DNA of 64,000 bases. It comes from Candidatus Methanomethylophilaceae archaeon (lineage in GTDB: Archaea > Thermoplasmatota > Thermoplasmata > Methanomassiliicoccales > Methanomethylophilaceae). The DNA lies in contig JBMNQN010000005.1 of the NCBI GenBank assembly GCA_050944155.1, positions 26,398 through 90,397 of the forward strand, read 5' to 3'. The translations under genes and the position numbers were made by a program. The notes under the pieces are model-generated. The model was not told the origin of the DNA. It did not search any database and saw only the letters and a list, made by a program, of their open reading frames with translations. This document shows positions 1 to 8,989 of the stretch, piece by piece (the stretch's first letter is position 1; the number at the start of each line of letters is the position of its first letter).

Positions 1-254
1 ACAGTTTCGAAGTTCCCATGTCCGGCGATATGATTTACGTACGCTACAAGGACACCCCCGGCGTAATCGGAAGCATAGGAACCGCGCTGGGCAACGCCGG
101 AATCAACATCGCGCAGATGGCCGTGGGAAGACACGGAGACAGTGCTATGATGGTTCTGATTGTGGACCAGGACGTTTCCTCGGTAACCCTCGGAGACGTG
201 GTCAGGGCTGCCGGCGCGGAAGATGCCAAATTCATAGATCTGGTTGAAAACTGA
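1..254 (+). CDS. serA: D-3-phosphoglycerate dehydrogenase, C-terminal ACT domain (5' end outside the window)
   Basis: DTPGVIGSIGTALGNAGINIAQMAVGR is the typical SerA ACT-domain motif; the frame is open to the window edge. Confidence 0.8.
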   Translation, partial: SFEVPMSGDMIYVRYKDTPGVIGSIGTALGNAGINIAQMAVGRHGDSAMMVLIVDQDVSSVTLGDVVRAAGAEDAKFIDLVEN

Positions 255-263
255 GGAGAAAAA

Positions 264-653
264 ATGAAGACGATAATCACCGTCGAAGAGCTTACCCAGG
301 CGATAAGAAACGGAATTCAAGAGGCAAACTCCGAGATGGAAGAAGAGCAGGCCTACCAGCTGGTTCTTCACGTTCTCAATTTCTTCGGATATTCGGACAG
401 AATAATAGACAACATCCTCGAACCGGAAGACCGGGACGCGTTCTATATGCTCGAAGACGCGGGAATACTCACGACCGAGAGGGAAGAGACCACCCTCTAC
501 GACGGAAGGGAGTGGAGAATACACTACTGGCTCTTCAGGAAAAACAGAATAGAGGAGCTCATATCCGAGACGGTGCCGAAAGAACCCGAAAAAGAAGAGG
601 AGCAGTCTCTCTACGACGAGCTGCCCGATGACATATGGAAGAGAAGCGGCTGA
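264..653 (+). CDS. Conserved hypothetical acidic protein with a probable winged-helix fold (resembles DUF6015, from memory)
   Basis: 129 aa ORF with a GAGGAG RBS; FYMLEDAGIL...GREWRIHYW resembles a wHTH helix plus wing. Confidence 0.65.
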   Translation: MKTIITVEELTQAIRNGIQEANSEMEEEQAYQLVLHVLNFFGYSDRIIDNILEPEDRDAFYMLEDAGILTTEREETTLYDGREWRIHYWLFRKNRIEELISETVPKEPEKEEEQSLYDELPDDIWKRSG

Positions 654-2590
654 CGCCGGAAGACATATTCCCATATCCTTTCAGAACCGGTCAGAGAGAA
701 ATGGTCCGGTTTCTGTACGAAACCGCCGTAGTCGGAGGAGCTGCCGTAATAGAATCCGGAACCGGTACCGGGAAAACGATCTCTTCTCTCGCGTCTTCGG
801 TCGTTGCCGCGGAAGCTGTCGGCTGCAAAGTAATCTATCTGACAAGGACAAAGTCCCAGCAGAAACAGATTGTTACCGAATGTTCCCGTATTTCAGAGAA
901 GAAACCTCTGGTATGTGCACCGATACAGGGACGCAGCGTTTCCATGTGTCCCATGATGTCCGGCAATCCGGAGCTTGCTTCGGGTTCGCCGGAAGAACTT
1001 TCCAAACTCTGTTCAGAATACAAGAAAAAGGAAGACGGAATCTGCGCCTGCAGATATTTTTCCAACGCCGAAAACGCGGACATCCTGGATTTGGTTTCTT
1101 ACGTTAAGGAAAAGCATCCGACGCAGGAGGAATTTTCGGAATACTGCGCGGAAAAGGAAATGTGCGCCTACGAGACCATGAAAAGGATTCTGCCCGAAGC
1201 CGATGTCATCGCCGCTCCGTATCCGTTCTTTTTCATGCCTCAGATACTTTACCGTTTCACGGAATGGACCGGTGTCTCTTTGGAATCGATAATTGTCGTC
1301 ATAGACGAGGCCCACAACCTTCCCGATTACCTGAGGGAGGTCATGACCTCAGAGTACAGCCTGGAAGCACTGGCACTTGCGGAAAAGGAGGCGAGGGAAC
1401 AGGGCGACCCGGAAGTGGCGGAGGGTCTGAAAATAACCGACGTTACGTCCGTAATCGGAGAAATAATGAGAGCCGCAACGGAATACATAATCGAAGACGA
1501 CGGTCTTATTCCTCCGTATTTTCTCCAGGACGAACTGATGGAACGTCTGGGCACAACGTCAAGAACCATTTCCCGCATAATTGATTCCTTCGAAGTTCTG
1601 GGCGAAATCATTATCGAGTCCAAAAAACAGAAGAAAAAACTTCCCCGTTCTTACATAGGGTCCCTGGGCAGGTTTCTCAGAAACTGGTATTCAACGGAGG
1701 ACGGATATTACGTCAGACTCGTTACGGGCGGAGAAAATGTGAGATTCAAACTCTACTGCATGGATCCCAGAGAGGCGTCCCGGCCCCTCTCGATGTGCCA
1801 CTCGTCGATACACATGTCGGGTACTCTGGCACCTTTGGATCTGTACGTAAACGAATTGGGTCTGGAAGATGCGGAAACCCGTTTCTTCGCCTCCCCGTTC
1901 GACCCTTCCAACATCACGGTAAGGCATGTCGAAGACATTTCCACGAAATACGACGAGATGATCAATCCCGAAAATCTGGCTGCGCTGGAACGGAAGACAG
2001 TCGAAATCGTAAAATCAGTAAACCGTAACACCGCCGTGTTTTTTCCTTCGTACAGGCTTATGGACACCTTCATAAGGGACGGAGTTCCGGACGGTATCGG
2101 AAGAGATATTTTCTTTGAACGGAGAGGAATGACCCAGACAGATCTGATGGAGACAGTGGAAGGATTCAGAAACACCCCCCAGAGCGTAATATTCGCGGTC
2201 ACCGGCGGAAGAATCAGCGAGGGCCTGGATTTTCCCGACAAAGATTTGGAGGTCGCGGTTCTGGTGGGAATTCCGTACCCGAAACCCACGGCCAAGCATG
2301 CGGCGTTTACGAGGTACTGTGACATAAGATTCGGAGACGGTTTCGAATACGCGTCGAGGATTCCCGCGGAAAGGAAGATGAGACAGGCGATCGGAAGGCT
2401 GATACGGTCGGAAAACGACGTGGGAGCCGCGATTATATTGGACAGGCGGGCGGCCGTCATGCCGGGCCTGAATTCTTTTCCCACGAAAACTCCGTGCAGG
2501 GACATTGCGGACCATTTCGAGAAGAAAGAAAAACACGCATCCGCACCCATCTGCGATTACGGAACGGGCGATATCGCTCGAAGGGGTTAA
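635..2590 (+). CDS. xpd: XPD/Rad3/DinG-family Fe-S ATP-dependent DNA helicase
   Basis: Q motif FRTGQ, Walker A SGTGTGKT, four spaced Cys for the Fe-S cluster, DEAH, SGTL, SEGLDF, QAIGRLIR. Confidence 0.92.
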   Translation: MEEKRLTPEDIFPYPFRTGQREMVRFLYETAVVGGAAVIESGTGTGKTISSLASSVVAAEAVGCKVIYLTRTKSQQKQIVTECSRISEKKPLVCAPIQGRSVSMCPMMSGNPELASGSPEELSKLCSEYKKKEDGICACRYFSNAENADILDLVSYVKEKHPTQEEFSEYCAEKEMCAYETMKRILPEADVIAAPYPFFFMPQILYRFTEWTGVSLESIIVVIDEAHNLPDYLREVMTSEYSLEALALAEKEAREQGDPEVAEGLKITDVTSVIGEIMRAATEYIIEDDGLIPPYFLQDELMERLGTTSRTISRIIDSFEVLGEIIIESKKQKKKLPRSYIGSLGRFLRNWYSTEDGYYVRLVTGGENVRFKLYCMDPREASRPLSMCHSSIHMSGTLAPLDLYVNELGLEDAETRFFASPFDPSNITVRHVEDISTKYDEMINPENLAALERKTVEIVKSVNRNTAVFFPSYRLMDTFIRDGVPDGIGRDIFFERRGMTQTDLMETVEGFRNTPQSVIFAVTGGRISEGLDFPDKDLEVAVLVGIPYPKPTAKHAAFTRYCDIRFGDGFEYASRIPAERKMRQAIGRLIRSENDVGAAIILDRRAAVMPGLNSFPTKTPCRDIADHFEKKEKHASAPICDYGTGDIARRG

Positions 2591-2615
2591 TAACAGGAAG
2601 GCATTATCGCCGTTT

Positions 2616-2876
2616 ATGGCTATAACCGTCGACGAAGATGTTAAAAGATTCATCGAGGAGAGAGGCGTCGATTACAGACTGTGTACCGCCTGCACCGGCC
2701 CGGCTCTGGTTCCCGTAACCGTCAAAGGCCCCAAGACAAGCGATATCAAAATACCGATCGGCAAAAACACTCTCTATGTTTCCGCCGTCCAGGCCAGATA
2801 CGTTTCCAGAATCACGCTCAGTATGCTCTATGATTCGGACGACGTAGACCACTGTGTCGCATTCCATTACTACTGA
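2616..2876 (+). CDS. Small CxxC protein, possibly HesB/Fe-S-carrier-like fold
   Basis: ATG at 2616; MAITVDEDVKRFIEERGVDYRLCTACTGP..., 86 aa. Confidence 0.6.
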   Translation: MAITVDEDVKRFIEERGVDYRLCTACTGPALVPVTVKGPKTSDIKIPIGKNTLYVSAVQARYVSRITLSMLYDSDDVDHCVAFHYY

Positions 2877-2877
2877 G

Positions 2878-3504
2878 TCAGGAAATCCGGACTGCGGAAC
2901 CGCAGGAAGCGGAAGCAAGACCGTCGGTATCCGCGGTTTTATCGAATTTTCTTACCGATGACATTCCTGCGTTGATTACGGGTCCTTTCGGAACGATAGT
3001 GCAGCCTTCGGCGGGACGGACGGATATTTCGTAAGTGCCGATTTTTTTGGCAATCTCTTCGATTTCCAGTTTATCCAGGCCGATAAGCGGTCTTACAATC
3101 GGAAAATCCAGATCCGCGCATTCCGCGCGTATGTTGGCGAGAGTCTGCGATGCCACCTGTCCCAGCGAATCTCCCATGACTATGGCCGAACATCCGTGTT
3201 CTTCGGCGAAAAGTTTCGCGGTTTTCTGCATTGTGCGCTTGCACATAACGCACTGATATCTTGGGTCGCACGTTTTCTTTATCGAAGTCTGGGACGGACC
3301 GTGGGCGGCGGAATAAAGGGGCATTTCCTGTCCCGTTTCTTCCCGCAGACGCTCCGCCAGGTCTTTTACGTTGCGAAGTGACGACGAATCGCAGTAAGGC
3401 GAATTGTCCATGTGCAGCAGTATGACTTCCCCTCCGGCTTCTGCCGTAAGGTACGCCGCGACAGGAGAGTCTATTCCGCCCGAAATCAGGGCGACCAGTT
3501 TCAG
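2878..3504 (-). CDS. thiI: ThiI-like tRNA 4-thiouridine synthase, catalytic PP-loop domain only; CTG start
   Basis: The frame extends upstream of the ORF-track start to LKLVALISGGIDSPVAAY (PP-loop); also CVMCKR, GDSLGQVASQT and RPLIG. CTG at 3504-3502 follows GGGGAGGT. Confidence 0.85.
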   Translation of the reverse strand: MKLVALISGGIDSPVAAYLTAEAGGEVILLHMDNSPYCDSSSLRNVKDLAERLREETGQEMPLYSAAHGPSQTSIKKTCDPRYQCVMCKRTMQKTAKLFAEEHGCSAIVMGDSLGQVASQTLANIRAECADLDFPIVRPLIGLDKLEIEEIAKKIGTYEISVRPAEGCTIVPKGPVINAGMSSVRKFDKTADTDGLASASCGSAVRIS

Positions 3505-3659
3505 GTTACGAACCTCCCCGGAGGGTAGGAAGTATCGTATTCCGATTCTTCTTCCTCGGCGAGCATGAGGTAGATGCTTCCCACCATCTCTCTGAGGTCG
3601 TTTATTTCGGTTCTCAGCTGCAGGATTTCGGCTTTGAGTATGTCTATTTCGTTACTCAT
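3501..3659 (-). CDS. Small coiled-coil hypothetical protein (52 aa)
   Basis: MSNEIDILKAEILQLRTEINDLREMV...; ATGA overlap with the csl4 stop and CTGA overlap with the thiI start. Confidence 0.65.
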   Translation of the reverse strand: MSNEIDILKAEILQLRTEINDLREMVGSIYLMLAEEEESEYDTSYPPGRFVT

Positions 3660-4216
3660 AGGATTACGTTTCCGTAGTCGTCGGCCAGCTTTCTGGACAG
3701 GGAATATCTGCATTCGGGACAGTACAGTCCTTTTCCTTTCGGGACCATTTCGGTTTTGCAGGTTCCGCACAGCGATCTGATCACTCCGAGGTGGGGGTCC
3801 TTGGTGGTAAGCTGGAGCGAAGGTGAAATTTCGGTTACTCTGGCTCTTATGAAATCTCCCTTTCTGAGTTCTTTTCCCACGTCGTCCGTGTAGCCCGGGG
3901 AAATCTTGGAAACGTGAATCGTTGCGTATGTGTCTCCGCCCACCTGTCTCTCCGTGCCTTCTTTGGCTACTACGTCGGCGGTTGCCATTGTGTTCCTTAT
4001 GTCGGCAACCACCGCGTATACGATATCCCCTTCCTTCAGGATGTTGGGCGGATTGGGGGTTACCACCCTTGCGACGCATTCCTCGTTATCCAGAATCAGT
4101 TCTCCGATCTGGGATGCATATATTTTCCCGTTTTCCGCGAAGGTGCCGTCGGAAGCAAGATATTCTTCTTCGACCGCAACTTCGTCTCCCGGAAACACTT
4201 CGATTTTTCCTGTCAT
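3656..4216 (-). CDS. csl4: Exosome RNA-binding subunit Csl4
   Basis: VFPGD..EEY N-terminus, S1 domain, LGVI plus C-terminal Zn ribbon (CGTC...CPEC...RKLA). Confidence 0.92.
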   Translation of the reverse strand: MTGKIEVFPGDEVAVEEEYLASDGTFAENGKIYASQIGELILDNEECVARVVTPNPPNILKEGDIVYAVVADIRNTMATADVVAKEGTERQVGGDTYATIHVSKISPGYTDDVGKELRKGDFIRARVTEISPSLQLTTKDPHLGVIRSLCGTCKTEMVPKGKGLYCPECRYSLSRKLADDYGNVIL

Positions 4217-4223
4217 AATAAAA

Positions 4224-4817
4224 TCACCTTATGTTGACCGCAGCCATCTCTATGCTGCGTTTCGCTTCTCTGTGAAATACGAAAGTATGAGGAATATCAT
4301 ACTTATAAACTTTACAAAGCGACGCCTTTCTGCCCTTCTTTCCGCAGTACTCTTCCACGAAGGGAAAAGTTTCGGCCTTGTGTAGAGAATACACGCATTC
4401 GGCGCATTCCATTGCCTTGTCCAGAAAAGGTCTGTCCGCCCTTCTCGTCTGGCAGCCGAACGGCGGATTCATGAAAACCGTGTCCGCACCTTCGGAGACA
4501 TCGGATACGTCCGAAACAACGAATTCTATGTCCGCGCCGGCGGAGACTGCATTCTTTTTTGCCGTCTCTATCGCCTTTTCCGAAACGTCGAAACCGATAA
4601 CCAGTCCGGCGCCCAGGAGGGCGGCTCCGACGGCGAAGATTCCTGTTCCGCATCCCAGGTCGATCACTTTCATGCCTTCCACGTCTCCGTCGGAATACGC
4701 GCGGAAGAGAATGTCCGCGGCCACCGAAGCAGGAGTGGGATACTGTTCCAGACGGGGATCGGGGTCGGAAAAAGCCTCCAGTTTTCCGAGAGCGATTTCC
4801 AGATCTTTCTTTTTCAC
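4224..4817 (-). CDS. METTL5-like N6-adenine RNA methyltransferase
   Basis: LEQYPTP, DLGCGTG, NPPFG, YSLH motifs; probable GTG start at 4817 (VKKKDLE). Confidence 0.88.
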   Translation of the reverse strand: MKKKDLEIALGKLEAFSDPDPRLEQYPTPASVAADILFRAYSDGDVEGMKVIDLGCGTGIFAVGAALLGAGLVIGFDVSEKAIETAKKNAVSAGADIEFVVSDVSDVSEGADTVFMNPPFGCQTRRADRPFLDKAMECAECVYSLHKAETFPFVEEYCGKKGRKASLCKVYKYDIPHTFVFHREAKRSIEMAAVNIR

Positions 4818-5026
4818 GGAACCCGAATGTACGCGGAGATAATCATAGTTCTCCCCGGGCGTATCATTTTCACGGTTGGTTATTTGATTCACATTCAATC
4901 ATTAAAACGGGAAATCGTTAGACATTTGTCTATTCCATCCTTAAAAATAAGCCGTTCATGGGCATATTTAAATCGTGAAAATATATCACACATCAAGACA
5001 GCGGGAAGGCTGCCGGAGGAAATCCA

Positions 5027-6631
5027 ATGTATACAATCGAAAATTCCAAATCGACAACGGAAACCACCACGAGGGCCAAAGATGTGTGTCCCACCAACGG
5101 AATGTGCCCCGTGTGCATCGAAGACTGTCCCGTTATGTGCGAAGTAAGCAAAGGCGCGATCAGAGGAAGAGAGGTTCTCTACCCCAGCCCGGAGCATTTC
5201 GGAAAAAGCACGGCCGCGTCCAACAAGGATTACTTCCTGGACTGGTCCCATTTCCAGATAATGTCCGAACTTCTCGGAGCCAAAGGCATAGAGCCGGATT
5301 CCAATCTGGCATTCTTCGAAAACGCAAAAATCGATACGGTCGTGGGTTCCAGAGGAAAGAACCCCATCAAGATGGCCGTACCGGTTCACATCGCCGGACT
5401 GGGATCCACCGCGGTAGCCAAAAAGAATTGGAAGGAGCTCGCTTCCGGCGCGGCGATGGCGGGAGTGTGCCAGGTAATAGGAGAAAACGTCTGCGGAATG
5501 GACAGTGCAGCGGTATATTCCGGCGGTAAAGTTCAGAGTTCCGAAGACCTCGCATTCCGCGTATCTTCATACACCGACTTCTGGGACGGCGAACACGGAT
5601 GCATAGTCGTTCAGACCAACGTGGAAGACCGCAAGGGAGGCGTGGACGAGTATGCACTTTCCAAACTCAACGTGGACGTAATCGAAAGGAAATGGGGACA
5701 GGGTGCTAAAGCCATCGGAGGGGAAGTAAGACTTTCCACTCTCGAGAGAGCCCTGGAACTCAAGGCCCGCGGCTACATCGTCATGCCGGACCCCGAAGAC
5801 CCGTCCGTTCAGGAGGCCTTCAAAGCCGGAGTTTTCAAAACCTTCGAGAGACACAGCCGCGTAGGCTTCCCGGAGCACGATTCCTTCGTCGAAGACGTGG
5901 AAAATCTCAGATCCATGGGCGCCAAGAACGTTTTCCTCAAAACAGGAGCCTACAAACCCGAAGCCGTGGCATTCACGATGAAAGTCGCTTCGGAAGCTAA
6001 GCTGGATCTCGTTACGTTCGATGCTGCCGGAGGCGGAACGGGCATGTCCCCCGTTATGCACATGAATGAACTGAGCACTCCCACCATATGGCTGTACTCT
6101 CAGGTAATGCAATGTGCCAGAGTTCTGAAGGAGAGCGGAAGGTTTGTTCCCGACATATCCTTCGCGGGAGGATTCATCAACGAGTCCCAGATGTACAAAG
6201 CATTTGCCCTTTCCGATATGGGAGACGGGCCCGTGTGCAAATCCATAGGAATGGCCCGCGCTCCGCTTACGGCAGCGATGAAAGGAAAGCATTATGCCAA
6301 ACTGTCCGCGGAATCCAAACTTCCCGCCAACTTCGTAAAGCAGTACGGCAGCGACCCGTTCACGTACATGATCGAAGCGAAATCCCTGGCCGAAAAATAC
6401 CCGGACCTGGAACTGGGCAAGGACATCCCGTGGGGAGGCGTGGCCCTTTACACATATCTGCACGACAGAATCGGAGAGGGTCTCAAACAGCTGATGGCGG
6501 GCACCCGCAGATTCACTCTGGAATCCATCGAGTACGAAGACATCGTAGCTCTCACGGAAATAGCCAGCAGGGTTACCGGCGTGGAGACCCTGGAAGGCAG
6601 AGCCGCCCGCGTGATGAAAGAATTCCTTTGA
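5027..6631 (+). CDS. FMN-binding glutamate synthase family protein (stand-alone FMN domain with N-terminal Cys cluster)
   Basis: KWGQGAKAIGGE, DAAGGGTGMSP and AGGF motifs; GMCPVCIEDCPVMC near the N-terminus. Confidence 0.85.
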   Translation: MYTIENSKSTTETTTRAKDVCPTNGMCPVCIEDCPVMCEVSKGAIRGREVLYPSPEHFGKSTAASNKDYFLDWSHFQIMSELLGAKGIEPDSNLAFFENAKIDTVVGSRGKNPIKMAVPVHIAGLGSTAVAKKNWKELASGAAMAGVCQVIGENVCGMDSAAVYSGGKVQSSEDLAFRVSSYTDFWDGEHGCIVVQTNVEDRKGGVDEYALSKLNVDVIERKWGQGAKAIGGEVRLSTLERALELKARGYIVMPDPEDPSVQEAFKAGVFKTFERHSRVGFPEHDSFVEDVENLRSMGAKNVFLKTGAYKPEAVAFTMKVASEAKLDLVTFDAAGGGTGMSPVMHMNELSTPTIWLYSQVMQCARVLKESGRFVPDISFAGGFINESQMYKAFALSDMGDGPVCKSIGMARAPLTAAMKGKHYAKLSAESKLPANFVKQYGSDPFTYMIEAKSLAEKYPDLELGKDIPWGGVALYTYLHDRIGEGLKQLMAGTRRFTLESIEYEDIVALTEIASRVTGVETLEGRAARVMKEFL

Positions 6632-6633
6632 AA

Positions 6634-6671
6634 CGGTATCGCGGGACGTCCTCCGGGACGCCCGCGTACCG
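6634..6671 (+). terminator. GC-rich stem-loop just after the glutamate-synthase-like gene (possible terminator or 3' stabiliser)
   Basis: CGGTA-TC-GCGGG-A-CGTCC/TCCG/GGACG-CCCGC-G-TACCG; no U-tract. Confidence 0.4.
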
Positions 6672-6753
6672 GCGATGGCTAGATATTTGTACGGATAGCG
6701 TATAGGGGTCATGCAACCCATCGGACTTGCGTATCTGAAGGGGAGGAATTCAG

Positions 6754-8301
6754 CTGGTAAAGATTAAGAGAGCGGTTATCAGTGTTTCCGACAAAACCGG
6801 CATTGTCGATTTTGCCGGAGAACTGTCGTCGTCCGGCGCGGAGATAATTTCCACCGGCGGTACCTACAAACTTTTGAAAGAGAACGGAATAAATGCGTCG
6901 GAAGTTTCGGACGTTACGGGATTCCCGGAAATGCTGGACGGGCGCGTCAAGACGCTGCACCCGAAGATTCATGCAGGCATTCTTGCGAGAAGGGATATTC
7001 CCGAGCACATGAAAGCCATCAAAGACATGGCCATCGAAGCCATCGACATGGTCGTCATCAACCTCTATCCATTCAAGGAGACCGTGAAGAGCGGAGCATC
7101 CTTCGAAGACGTAGTCGAAAACATCGACATAGGCGGTCCCAGCATGATAAGGGCGGCCGCCAAGAATTACAAATCCGTAGCCGTGGTAACTAACCCGAAA
7201 CAGTATCCCGGCATACTCGAAGAAATCAAAGAAAAAGGAGAGATTTCCGAACCGACGCTGGGAAAGCTCATGGCCGAAGCCTTCTCCGTCACCGCCGAAT
7301 ACGATGCAATGATCGCTTCGAGAATGTACGGAAAATTCTGCGAAGGATTCCCCGATTTCTTCCCTCTGCCCAACGAAAAGGTCGGCGACCTGAGATACGG
7401 CGAGAACCCTAACCAGAAAGCCGCTTTTTACATGGATCCGTTCACCGAAGGAAACACCGTTGCGAAGATGAAGCAGCTCCACGGAAAGGAACTCTCTTAC
7501 AATAACATCCTGGATATGGACAAGGCGCTGGATATCGTAACGGACTTCGAAAAACCCACCGCGGTGATAATGAAACACACCAACCCCTGCGGTCTCGCTT
7601 CGGCCGCCACGATAAAGGAAGCTTTCGTAACAGCCTACGCCGTCGACCCCCTTTCCGCTTTCGGATGCGTCATCGCTCTGAACAGGGAATGCGATACGGA
7701 AACGGCCCAGGAGATGTCCAAACATTTCATCGAAGTCGTCGTGGCTCCGGATTTCTCTCCCGAAGCCTACGAGATTCTGTGCAAAAAGAAGAACATAAGA
7801 CTCATGAAGGCGGGAGCCCCGATAGGACCTGCTTACAGAAAACGGGAATTCAAGATGAAAAAGGTCCAGGGCGGACTGCTGGTTCAGACCGACGAAGACG
7901 TTCCCGTGGACAGAAGCAATCTCAGGGTCATATCCGAGCGCGCCCCCACCGAGGAAGAGATCGACGCGATGCTGTTCGCCTGGAAACTGGTGAAGCACGT
8001 GACTTCCAACAGCGTGGTTTACGTCAAAGGCGAAAGAGCCGTAGGAATCGGAGCGGGTCAGATGAGCCGCGTCGATTCGGCCAAAATCGCGACGATGAAA
8101 GCGAACGAACCCACCGAGGGGTGCGTCATGGCATCCGATGCGTTCTTCCCCTTCAGGGACGGAGTCGACGAAGCCGCACAGGCCGGCGTTACCGCAATAA
8201 TACAGCCCGGCGGTTCCATAAGGGACCAGGAAGTAATCGACGCGGTGAACGAACACGGAATGGCGATGGTTTTCACCGGATGCCGCGTGTTCAGACACTG
8301 A
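6754..8301 (+). CDS. purH: Bifunctional AICAR transformylase/IMP cyclohydrolase; CTG start
   Basis: N-terminal KIKRAVISVSDKTGIV...STGGT is in frame from CTG 6754; GRVKTLHP, DIGGP, LRYGENP, KHTNPCG, ASDAFFPF. Confidence 0.95.
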   Translation: MVKIKRAVISVSDKTGIVDFAGELSSSGAEIISTGGTYKLLKENGINASEVSDVTGFPEMLDGRVKTLHPKIHAGILARRDIPEHMKAIKDMAIEAIDMVVINLYPFKETVKSGASFEDVVENIDIGGPSMIRAAAKNYKSVAVVTNPKQYPGILEEIKEKGEISEPTLGKLMAEAFSVTAEYDAMIASRMYGKFCEGFPDFFPLPNEKVGDLRYGENPNQKAAFYMDPFTEGNTVAKMKQLHGKELSYNNILDMDKALDIVTDFEKPTAVIMKHTNPCGLASAATIKEAFVTAYAVDPLSAFGCVIALNRECDTETAQEMSKHFIEVVVAPDFSPEAYEILCKKKNIRLMKAGAPIGPAYRKREFKMKKVQGGLLVQTDEDVPVDRSNLRVISERAPTEEEIDAMLFAWKLVKHVTSNSVVYVKGERAVGIGAGQMSRVDSAKIATMKANEPTEGCVMASDAFFPFRDGVDEAAQAGVTAIIQPGGSIRDQEVIDAVNEHGMAMVFTGCRVFRH

Positions 8302-8496
8302 TCAGAGATCGTCCGGATCGTCCGGTATAATGGGCTGTCCAGCGGCCTTGCGCTTCATGTGGCCGCCGGGGCCTCCTCTTGCTTCGAAGGCTTTGTTCAG
8401 ACATTCCTCTTCTTCGCAGACGAATGCCGCGAAGGCAAAACCCTTGGCGGGTTTGCCGCAGAACTGACACTTGTACTCGCTGAAGTCCATGGTCAT
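8302..8496 (-). CDS. Small Cys-rich, probably Zn-binding protein
   Basis: CQFCGKPA...VCEEEEC...RGGPGGH, 64 aa, with an upstream AT-rich promoter region. Confidence 0.65.
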   Translation of the reverse strand: MTMDFSEYKCQFCGKPAKGFAFAAFVCEEEECLNKAFEARGGPGGHMKRKAAGQPIIPDDPDDL

Positions 8497-8560
8497 GAGA
8501 GGGTGGATTCGATTTCGGGGTAAATAAGTGTTCTTTATAGTTCCGAGGAGATTCGTTTCT

Positions 8561-8989
8561 ATGGACCTGCGGGAGATAGCCGGAATTTACGGATTGGAGA
8601 GATGCATAGGGTGCCGTTCGTGTACCAAGAACTGCCCCAGCGCAAGGCACGGAGGCATAGTTCCGGACGAAACAATCAAGTCGGTAAGGGAAGGAACCTA
8701 CGACGGGGATCCGTGGAAATGTCTGCAGTGCCACAGGTGCAGTGCCGCGTGTCCGAAGAAGATCGACGTGGCATCCGTAATCATACGCCTTCGCAGAATA
8801 CAGACCGAAGCGGGAAACGTTCCCGAAAGGTTCCGGAGAGTCGGAAAAGTTTATTCGGAAACCGGCGGAACCATGAATGTTTCCCCGTCGGCCGACAGGA
8901 ACCGCGGGATCCTGGGACTGGAGCCTCTGTGCGGAAGAACCGACATTCCGAAAAAGGCCGCGAAAATGGGCGGGAGGGAATCTCCGTGA
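8561..8989 (+). CDS. HdrC-like 2x[4Fe-4S] protein
   Basis: CIGCRSCTKNCP and WKCLQCHRCSAACP; GAGGAG RBS before ATG 8561. Confidence 0.85.
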   Translation: MDLREIAGIYGLERCIGCRSCTKNCPSARHGGIVPDETIKSVREGTYDGDPWKCLQCHRCSAACPKKIDVASVIIRLRRIQTEAGNVPERFRRVGKVYSETGGTMNVSPSADRNRGILGLEPLCGRTDIPKKAAKMGGRESP

